Positions 1 to 6,964 of a DNA stretch of 39,091 bases are shown here, piece by piece. The notes beneath the pieces are model-generated. The model was not told where the DNA came from and did no database searches. It was given only the letters and a program-made list of their open reading frames with translations. This stretch comes from a virus. The translations under genes were made by a program, and so were the position numbers. The stretch's first letter is position 1; the number at the start of each line of letters is the position of its first letter. The DNA is taken from positions 1 through 39,091 of IMG/VR virus record IMGVR_UViG_3300042923_001092, one strand, 5' to 3'.

Positions 1-342
1 TTTACTTTTTATGATGTTATAATGATGCTTTTGTTAGCAGCTATTGTATATTTTGTAGGCAAAAAGGTAATAATTAAACTATTATCATTTAAATATAAAC
101 GATCTAGAAGCAGGTTAGAAGCTCGTATAGGCCTTAAACATAGGTTAGCAATTGATTCTACCATAAATAAAAAGACAAGGCCTAGAATTAAAATTAGAAA
201 GGCTAAGAAGGTTAAGGTTGAACAAGCTGCATATAATGAAAATCAAGATGAAAGTACGAATATACCAGAGGATAACAAGATTAAAGATAGAAATTTATCT
301 TTCGATGAAAGGCTTGAGAAAATAAGAACTAAACCAGCTTAG
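1..342 (+). CDS. Hypothetical basic protein with an N-terminal hydrophobic segment, possibly 5'-truncated by the window edge
   Basis: The frame is open from base 1 to TAG at 342. Hydrophobic MMLLLAAIVYFVG is followed by a K/R-rich region. The next gene's RBS follows immediately. Confidence 0.6.
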   Translation, partial: FTFYDVIMMLLLAAIVYFVGKKVIIKLLSFKYKRSRSRLEARIGLKHRLAIDSTINKKTRPRIKIRKAKKVKVEQAAYNENQDESTNIPEDNKIKDRNLSFDERLEKIRTKPA

Positions 343-354
343 AAAGGAGTTACT

Positions 355-555
355 ATGTCTCAGTTAATGATGATGATTGATTTTAAAACTAAAGAAGCTA
401 GGGTAGGACTAGATGAAACTTTAAATGAGGAATATAAATCTTGGATTAACCGGTACCCTAATGGAAGAGAAATAGTCAGGAAGCGTGGCTACAACAGAAG
501 GCTCTGGAATCTATGGAAAGCCGAAGATAACGAACTCTACAGAAATAATTTCTAA
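355..555 (+). CDS. Hypothetical 66-aa protein, paralog of the N-terminus of 631..990
   Basis: RBS AAAGGAG precedes the ATG. Shares a TKE..G..T..(Y/F)KxW..R..R(G/A)YN..LW..W pattern with the next ORF. Confidence 0.8.
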   Translation: MSQLMMMIDFKTKEARVGLDETLNEEYKSWINRYPNGREIVRKRGYNRRLWNLWKAEDNELYRNNF

Positions 556-573
556 ATTCTGAAAATAAAGGCA

Positions 574-602
574 TTTACAAAAGCATTCTAGTATGTTATA
601 AT
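574..602 (+). promoter_or_regulatory. Sigma-A-type promoter P1 (TTTACA-17-TATAAT, extended -10 TG)
   Basis: TTTACA 574-579, 17-nt spacer, TATAAT 597-602, then AAAGGAGG and ATG at 631. The same motif recurs twice nearby. Confidence 0.85.
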
Positions 603-630
603 TATACTATAAAATAAAGGAGGAACATTA

Positions 631-990
631 ATGGATAACATGCAGCTTATGGCTATTAACTGGATTACTAAAGAAAAGATATGCGGATCCCCTCAAACGG
701 TTACCGATGTCTTTAAAAACTGGCAAACAAGACATGAAGATAATGAAGCAGAATTAAAGAAACTGAATATAAGAGCTTATAATAAAACCCTTTGGGAAGT
801 ATGGAATGAGTTTCCAAATGAAGGGGAAACAATGCACTTGATGTCTTGTCTACAAAAGGATAGAAAAATTGATATCTGTAATTCAGAGGAATATCAACAG
901 GTTACTGAATTCTTATATCTACATAATTCAGGATTTGCAGTTTTAAATATTGATTCAGATGCAGATACTTGTATCATTGAATTGCTCTAA
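631..990 (+). CDS. Hypothetical 119-aa early protein
   Basis: Has its own promoter, an AAAGGAGG RBS and a downstream terminator. Confidence 0.85.
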   Translation: MDNMQLMAINWITKEKICGSPQTVTDVFKNWQTRHEDNEAELKKLNIRAYNKTLWEVWNEFPNEGETMHLMSCLQKDRKIDICNSEEYQQVTEFLYLHNSGFAVLNIDSDADTCIIELL

Positions 991-1006
991 AAATAAGCCC
1001 CTCTTT

Positions 1007-1037
1007 ACCCCAGGGTTAAAAGCTCTGGGGTTTTCTT
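1007..1037 (+). terminator. Rho-independent terminator
   Basis: Stem ACCCCAGGGTT-aaa-AGCTCTGGGGT (with G-U pairs) followed by a T-rich run, just after the stop at 990. Confidence 0.75.
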
Positions 1038-1284
1038 ATCTAAGAAGATCAGAGCTCGAAGTTTTCTGCAGAGCGCGGCAGACGCGTCGGGCAAAATGTT
1101 CTTTGCAACTTAGAGCACTTTTCTTTAATGAGCTCTGTTTTACTAATAGTCTTGAAAGTTTAAATTGTCCAGAATGTTTAGACAATTGAGACAATGAGCT
1201 CTGGTTCGCTGAGCTCTGAGTTTGACATGCACACCGGTAGAGTTGGTTTATTCACTAACCAAACTAAGTCCCTCGAAAAGCGCT

Positions 1285-1311
1285 AAAAAAGGGACCCCTT
1301 TTCGAGGTCCC
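1285..1311 (-). terminator. Rho-independent terminator of the minus-strand gene
   Basis: The minus strand reads GGGACCTC-gaaaa-GGGGTCCC-TTTTTT, about 20 nt after the stop at 1330. Confidence 0.8.
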
Positions 1312-1329
1312 TACCAAAGAATTTTGAAA

Positions 1330-1704
1330 TTATACTGCAGCTTCTTTTTCGGCTTTTTCAGCGGCCTGTTCAGCTTTGAAAACCTCAACCATGACTTTCA
1401 GTAATTTCGGGAGTAATTTTACATCTGAGATTTTGGCCAGATATTTCATGGTTCCGAGGTGTTTTTCGTGTGCCTGTTTGGCTGAGATTCTTGTGAGGTT
1501 GTATTCCTTTTCAGTTTCTGAATCCAGAACCACGTTGATTTCGATTGAAAGGGAATTTTTGGATTTTAAGATTTTGCAAAGCCTCTTCTTGCCTTCGAAA
1601 AAACTGGTTCCTGTGGAAATTTCTGAGCTGATGATTTTAGTACCTTTGATTGCTGCTGTGGTATTTTCTACTGCGATTTCAAAAGGGGATTTTACTGCTG
1701 CCAT
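1330..1704 (-). CDS. Hypothetical 124-aa K/A/E-rich protein; the only credible minus-strand gene
   Basis: AGGAGG RBS upstream of the ATG, own promoter (1778-1806) and own terminator (1285-1311). Confidence 0.85.
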   Translation of the reverse strand: MAAVKSPFEIAVENTTAAIKGTKIISSEISTGTSFFEGKKRLCKILKSKNSLSIEINVVLDSETEKEYNLTRISAKQAHEKHLGTMKYLAKISDVKLLPKLLKVMVEVFKAEQAAEKAEKEAAV

Positions 1705-1777
1705 ATTGGGCCTCCTATGATCCGTGGCCTTGGTGCCACTGCCGATCTAATAATTATTTATTAATTATTATAGATTT

Positions 1778-1806
1778 ATTATAACACAGTAGAGCGGTTT
1801 TGTAAA
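1778..1806 (-). promoter_or_regulatory. Sigma-A-type promoter P3 (TTTACA-17-TATAAT, extended -10)
   Basis: The minus strand reads TTTACA AAACCGCTCTACTGTGT TATAAT. Confidence 0.85.
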
Positions 1807-1875
1807 TACCTTTTTATTATTTTTTTCATTTATTTTTAGCCAAAGAATATCATTAATTTTTGGTCATATTGCCTA

Positions 1876-1904
1876 TTTACAAAGGCGTTCTATTATGGTA
1901 TAAT
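1876..1904 (+). promoter_or_regulatory. Sigma-A-type promoter P2, divergent from P3
   Basis: TTTACA AAGGCGTTCTATTATGG TATAAT, then AAAGGAGG and ATG at 1933. Confidence 0.85.
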
Positions 1905-1932
1905 TAAGCTATAATTTAAAGGAGGATACAAA

Positions 1933-2127
1933 ATGATTAATTCATATCAAAGCCCTAAAGAAGGCGAAATATTCATATCAATGTGGGATGGCGACTGCAT
2001 GATTTATACCATCTTCGATACAGAGGAAGAGAAGGCAGCAGAAGTGGCCCGAAGGAAGAAGATAAACGATGAGGCTAAAGAAGCTCACCAAAATTACATA
2101 AAGTATTTGGAGTCAATCGGGGAATAA
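1933..2127 (+). CDS. Hypothetical 64-aa early protein
   Basis: Promoter P2 and AAAGGAGG RBS. A GC-rich hairpin (2137-2161) follows the stop. Confidence 0.8.
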   Translation: MINSYQSPKEGEIFISMWDGDCMIYTIFDTEEEKAAEVARRKKINDEAKEAHQNYIKYLESIGE

Positions 2128-2552
2128 GACTGGAGTGGAGGACTCGGCTAAAGGGTCCTCCTAAGACCAGCTGACAGGCACCCACCCATGGGCTCAAAAT
2201 TTCGCAGAAAACTGCGCAAAAAATAAAACGCTTTTTAGGCCTCTCTCGGGCGACCAGATTTTTTGACTTTCAGAATGTTCTGTCTATTCTTATCTCTAGT
2301 TAATCAGTTTATCTAAAAGCGCTTTCCCAATTAGTTTTACGGTTCATTATACGGTCATTTGAACTAGGCTAACCAGGGTAACGTTCTATGCGAATCCACA
2401 ATATCCACAATCAGTTCCACAGAGTGCTATAAATGCTATTATAGACTAAATACGACAATTAATTCTTAACGGCCAATACGATTTGTTAACGTTTATTGAA
2501 AAATGAGTTTAAATGAATAGTAATCTTAATAACAAATCTAGGAGGTTATAGA

Positions 2553-2768
2553 ATGAAATTAGAATTAGTTGAAAACGGGTCAATATTAAATATCGAATTA
2601 AGTAATGGAAAGCATCTATCAATGTCAGAAGAATTCTTAATGCAACTTGCTGATGTACGAGATGAAATGAAACATCGTTCACCGGGCCTAGGTAGACCTA
2701 GCTTCGACGTCTACGAATATATTAAAAATCAAGAAAAAATGATTTTAAAAGAAGGAATAAGATGCTAA
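2553..2768 (+). CDS. Hypothetical 71-aa protein
   Basis: AGGAGG RBS; overlaps the start of the next gene. Confidence 0.75.
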   Translation: MKLELVENGSILNIELSNGKHLSMSEEFLMQLADVRDEMKHRSPGLGRPSFDVYEYIKNQEKMILKEGIRC

Positions 2769-3388
2769 TAACTAAAGCTATAAATAAGAACGAAAGCGTA
2801 GCTCATTATGAGTTGAAGCAAATAGCTAAGTATATTCTATATAGCAAGGGCTTTACATGCATAGCTACAGAAGTTGGAATGGAAAGATATGATAGTTTGC
2901 TTTCAGAATATAAATGGTTTAAGTCTACGCATAAGATCATAATCGATACTATCGGTATTAAAGGTAATTTAGAATCTGTAAGAAATTATGGAAAAAGCCT
3001 AGATAAATATAAATTGATGGGCATAGAAGCTAAAGCTAGTTATGGTGATTTTCTAAATGGATTTTGTTGCCAGAGTGAATATACGTATGTGATAGCCCCT
3101 AAAGGTGTGATTCCTGTAGATAAGATTCCTAATAAAATTGGATTGATAGAAGTAGATTTAGAATCGTATCAGATTCTAAGGACTAGTAAGGGATTCGAAT
3201 TCTATGGAATAGAAACTGTGAAGCAATGTAGCAGTAGAAAGAAAGAGATTTATAGAGGCAGAAATGATTTATTTAGAAAGGATATGTTTAATTACTTAAG
3301 AAAGATAGCTTATAGAAGTTCTGTGAATGATATATTTAAGAAAAATGAAATTCTAATAAAAGGATTTAAAATCAGAAAGGAGCAGTAA
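2762..3388 (+). CDS. PD-(D/E)XK nuclease-fold protein, MmcB-like
   Basis: Motifs ATEV...IIDTIG...GIEAKASYGDF...YVIAPKGVIPVDKIPNKIGLIEV match the E..D..ExK-S..DF pattern of MmcB-like proteins. Confidence 0.65.
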   Translation: MLITKAINKNESVAHYELKQIAKYILYSKGFTCIATEVGMERYDSLLSEYKWFKSTHKIIIDTIGIKGNLESVRNYGKSLDKYKLMGIEAKASYGDFLNGFCCQSEYTYVIAPKGVIPVDKIPNKIGLIEVDLESYQILRTSKGFEFYGIETVKQCSSRKKEIYRGRNDLFRKDMFNYLRKIAYRSSVNDIFKKNEILIKGFKIRKEQ

Positions 3389-3546
3389 TGGATAGATATG
3401 ATGACGACTTGCAGTTAGAATATCTTAATAATTGGAAAGAAAGACGTGAAGCTAAGAGACTAAAGAGGAAATTCTATGCAAAGCAAGTAAGAATGGATTT
3501 TATATTTCTATTTAGAAACTTAGGGCTTCTATTAAAGAATATGTAG
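3388..3546 (+). CDS. Hypothetical 52-aa protein (MDRYDDDLQLEYLNNWKERREAKRLKRKF...), below the ORF-track length cutoff
   Basis: AAAGGAG RBS and TAATG stop/start overlap with the upstream gene; fills the gap before 3555. Confidence 0.65.
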   Translation: MDRYDDDLQLEYLNNWKERREAKRLKRKFYAKQVRMDFIFLFRNLGLLLKNM

Positions 3547-3554
3547 GTGATAAA

Positions 3555-4262
3555 ATGGGTTTAAATGTAGAATATGTATGTGAAAAATGTGGTAAACCTG
3601 CAGATGAAGATTTGTTAAAATCTAATAAGAATTGGAAAGTATATAAAACAGAATGTATTTGTGGTGGAAAGATAGTTGCAAAAGCTGATATGGAGGATGA
3701 TGAAATGGCACAATGTACTGCGAAATGCAAAGCGACTGGTGAAAGATGTAGAAGGAAAGCAGTAGAGGGATATAATGTGTGTACTGTTCATGGCGCTGGT
3801 ACTAAAAAAAGAGTTGAACAAGGCATAAGAAAAAGGCCAGGAGCACCTATTACTACCGGTGGACGAAGTCAGTATATGAAGAAAGAAGTTTTAGACAAAG
3901 TTCATGACTATCAGAATGATCCCGATTTAGAAAAGCTTGATTGGGAATTGGCGTACCTTAAGACTCTTCCAGATAGAGTAGAAAATAGTGATATGTTAGA
4001 AACTGACAAAATATTGTTATTGGAAAAGACATTAACTTCTATATTTAACAATATGGATAAAAGGGAAAAGATTATCGAAGCTAGAAGATATTCTTTTGGT
4101 GTAGAAAAATTGCAATTATTGATTCAATACATGTTTGCTTCTGTTAAAAAGCACGTATCTGACCCTAATGTATTAATTGCTATAGCTAAAGACTTAAGGG
4201 AAATTGCAGGGCAGACAAACAATATTGATGGAAATAGTGCAGGATTTCCTACGATCGAATAA
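3555..4262 (+). CDS. Putative terminase small subunit with an N-terminal Zn ribbon and an HGGxSTG-like Cys/His motif
   Basis: CEKC...CIC, then CTAKCKATGERCRRKAVEGYNVCTVHGAG and a helical C-terminus. Lies upstream of the large terminase. Confidence 0.55.
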   Translation: MGLNVEYVCEKCGKPADEDLLKSNKNWKVYKTECICGGKIVAKADMEDDEMAQCTAKCKATGERCRRKAVEGYNVCTVHGAGTKKRVEQGIRKRPGAPITTGGRSQYMKKEVLDKVHDYQNDPDLEKLDWELAYLKTLPDRVENSDMLETDKILLLEKTLTSIFNNMDKREKIIEARRYSFGVEKLQLLIQYMFASVKKHVSDPNVLIAIAKDLREIAGQTNNIDGNSAGFPTIE

Positions 4263-4329
4263 TATAATACCAAAAATTGTTAATTATAATGTGAGGTGCA
4301 AAAATATGAGATAACAGAGGGACAATATT

Positions 4330-4722
4330 ATGTTGAGTGAAAAAGATTTCCTAATAGTTCCAGATGAATATGGCTGGAAATTAATAAATAATCATAAACT
4401 AAAGATTTTAAGAGAAAAGTATAACTCATGCGATCCGGCAGTTTACAAAGGAATCTGGAAACAATGTCATACACATTTACTAAGCAAAAATATGGCTTAT
4501 GTAATGAGAGACAATTTGATTAAATCAAGGATTCCTAAGACTAGAAATAAGAGAATTTTAATGTCTCATATTAGGATTGCAGAAGATGAAATATATATTT
4601 CTAAAATAAAGAAATTAATTTACACAAGAAACAATAAAGGAAAGCAAGAATACTTAAATGAAAGAAGAGAAAGCTCTAATTATAGATTAAGTAAGCAGAA
4701 CAGGATTAGGAGGAAGAAGTAG
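4330..4722 (+). CDS. Hypothetical basic phage protein
   Basis: 130-aa ORF with an AGAGGGA RBS-like site; contains HTHL...IPK...SHIRI...YISKIKKLI. Confidence 0.7.
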   Translation: MLSEKDFLIVPDEYGWKLINNHKLKILREKYNSCDPAVYKGIWKQCHTHLLSKNMAYVMRDNLIKSRIPKTRNKRILMSHIRIAEDEIYISKIKKLIYTRNNKGKQEYLNERRESSNYRLSKQNRIRRKK

Positions 4723-4766
4723 TTTACAATCCAAAAATAAATAAACAATTAAAATTTTATACGTTG

Positions 4767-4848
4767 CTAGACCCTGATAGAGGTAGGTATAATTAATTCC
4801 AAATATTAATTTATTAGGATTAAAATATAAATTTCTATCAGGGTCTAG
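4767..4848. repeat. Inverted repeat with a 52-nt spacer, copy 1
   Basis: CTAGACCCTGATAGA (4767-4781) / TCTATCAGGGTCTAG (4834-4848), perfect 15 bp. Confidence 0.9.
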
Positions 4849-4866
4849 ATAAATTGGAGGTTAAAA

Positions 4867-5109
4867 ATGAGATTAAAATTCAAAAACTTTAATTCACCAG
4901 AGGAATTATGTGCCTTTGTTAATGACGATGAAAGTTCTATAAATATCTTTGGTATCTGTCAAGATGAGTTTGGTAAATATGTTTTGTTCTTTGGTTCAAA
5001 TTCTACAGAACGAATAAATAATATAGAAGCAGAACCAAGATTAGATGTAGAAGAATTTTGGGCAAGTAGATATGAACGGAGGAACAATAATGGCGGCGAA
5101 AATCAGTAA
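4867..5109 (+). CDS. Hypothetical 80-aa protein
   Basis: GGAGG RBS; its 3' end overlaps the terminase start. Confidence 0.7.
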   Translation: MRLKFKNFNSPEELCAFVNDDESSINIFGICQDEFGKYVLFFGSNSTERINNIEAEPRLDVEEFWASRYERRNNNGGENQ

Positions 5110-6952
5110 AAAAAGCAAACAAAATGACGTTTTTGCAGAATTATTTAGTAGTTTAGAAAATATGATGAAAGAAGATGACCCTAAAGAAATGTCATTTGGT
5201 TCTGCTTTAAATCAAATGGCTAATTTTTTTGAAACAGAAACTAATAAGCAAATAGATGCTGGCGAAACATTTGATGAAATTTGGGAATTTGAACCAGTTG
5301 ATTCATATACGTTCTGTACAAGCGAAAAATATCTAAACTTAGGAAGTGAGATTTATCCAGTAGTATTACAAGATTTAGCTGACACATTCCCCGGAGACCC
5401 TAAAAATATGAATCCAGAGCACTCTGAAATTATATTTGATGAAGCGATTGGTTCTGGTAAGTCATTCAAGCTTTCTATATTAGCTTCTTATATGGCATAT
5501 AAACTATTATGCCTTAGAAATCCACAAAAATTCTTTAAATTAGCTCCAGGGTCAAAGATAGCTATAATGAACATGTCAGTTTCTGCATCTCAAGCTAAAA
5601 GAGTTGTATTTGGTGAAATCAAAAATAAAATCGACTATAGTCCATGGTTTCAAGATCACTATCCACCGAACCCTAGAATAAGATCAGAATTACAATTTGA
5701 CCCTTCTCCAGAAAGCATGAATAAAAGAGAGATGGGAAGAATCTATAAAAACATTTATATTATACCAGGTTCATCATCAGGTATGGCACCATTAGGATAT
5801 AATCTGTTTTGTGGGATTATAGATGAAGCAACATTATGGAGAGATACTGAAAATAAAGACTATGTAGAAGATGTTTATGATATAATCCGACGAAGAGTAA
5901 CATCTCGTTTTATGGATAAAGGGCTAATAGTTTTAGGTGGATCGCCAATGTATAGTACTGACTTCCTTGAAAGACGAATTAAAGACGTTAAAGACAGAGA
6001 ACTTAAGAATGTAATGGTAAGAAGAAGAAGTCATTGGCATGCTAAATATCCAGACTATAAAGGACCAATGTTTTATTTTCATTTAGAAGACTGTAAAGTA
6101 TTTAAAACAGAAGAAGAAATGCTTTTAGACAGAGATAAGGTAGCTAAAAGAGCTGGTGATAATTGGGAAAATGCAGTAAAGTTATATGATGATCAAATAC
6201 ATCAAATTCCGATGATGTATTATGATGATTTTCATAAAAATCCCGAAGGTTCTAAGCGAGATTTAGGTGGTTGGCCATCAGATGCTATCAGCTCATTTAT
6301 AGAAAACCAATCTATTATAGAAGAAAATATAAATATGGATAGAGTAGACCCAGTAAGAGCACCTTTTCTATTCAAAAAATGGTTTAGGCCAAAAAATAGA
6401 AAAGCTTGGCACGTAATTCATATTGACCTTGGTATTACCGGAGATGCATGTGGTATTTCGATGGGCCATCCTGAAGGTTTTACTGAAGAAGGTGGGGTTC
6501 TAGTGTGGATAGATTTTATAATGAGAATACAGGGCAGTAAAGAAGAGCCTATTCAGATAGAAAATATTCGAGAAATGATTTATAGATTGTCAAAATTAGG
6601 GTTTCCTATTGGATTAATCACGATGGATGGATTTCAAAGTGTCGATAATATCCAGATTTTAAGAAAAAAGGGATATAATACTGAATATTTATCATTAGAT
6701 AGATCGCTTCTTCCCTATGAAGAATGGAAAGCTGCATTAAATGAGCATAGATTAAATATGTATGAACATGAAACATATATTAAGGAAGCTAAAAAGCTTG
6801 AAAAAATCAAAAATAAGAAAATAGATCACCCTAGGGGTGGTTCTAAAGACTGTACAGATGCCGTTGGTGGTGTTACTTATAATTGTAATATAGTAGCACA
6901 TTGGGATCCACCAACAGATGAGGATGATGAAAGTGAAGTTTACAGTTTTTAA
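5090..6952 (+). CDS. terL: Terminase large subunit
   Basis: Walker A EAIGSGKS, Walker B GIIDEA, RNase H-like nuclease motifs HIDLGITGD, MDGFQS and KDCTDAV. Start moved to ATG 5090, which has a GGAGG RBS. Confidence 0.93.
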   Translation: MAAKISKKSKQNDVFAELFSSLENMMKEDDPKEMSFGSALNQMANFFETETNKQIDAGETFDEIWEFEPVDSYTFCTSEKYLNLGSEIYPVVLQDLADTFPGDPKNMNPEHSEIIFDEAIGSGKSFKLSILASYMAYKLLCLRNPQKFFKLAPGSKIAIMNMSVSASQAKRVVFGEIKNKIDYSPWFQDHYPPNPRIRSELQFDPSPESMNKREMGRIYKNIYIIPGSSSGMAPLGYNLFCGIIDEATLWRDTENKDYVEDVYDIIRRRVTSRFMDKGLIVLGGSPMYSTDFLERRIKDVKDRELKNVMVRRRSHWHAKYPDYKGPMFYFHLEDCKVFKTEEEMLLDRDKVAKRAGDNWENAVKLYDDQIHQIPMMYYDDFHKNPEGSKRDLGGWPSDAISSFIENQSIIEENINMDRVDPVRAPFLFKKWFRPKNRKAWHVIHIDLGITGDACGISMGHPEGFTEEGGVLVWIDFIMRIQGSKEEPIQIENIREMIYRLSKLGFPIGLITMDGFQSVDNIQILRKKGYNTEYLSLDRSLLPYEEWKAALNEHRLNMYEHETYIKEAKKLEKIKNKKIDHPRGGSKDCTDAVGGVTYNCNIVAHWDPPTDEDDESEVYSF

Positions 6953-6964
6953 GGAGGGAGTAAA

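Noticed and set aside
950-1404. ORF-track calls 950..1189 and 1222..1404 (+)
   Set aside because: No RBS, they run through terminator hairpins, and they overlap better-supported genes.
1376-1720. + strand 114-aa ORF
   Set aside because: Antisense shadow of the minus-strand gene, which has a promoter, RBS and terminator.
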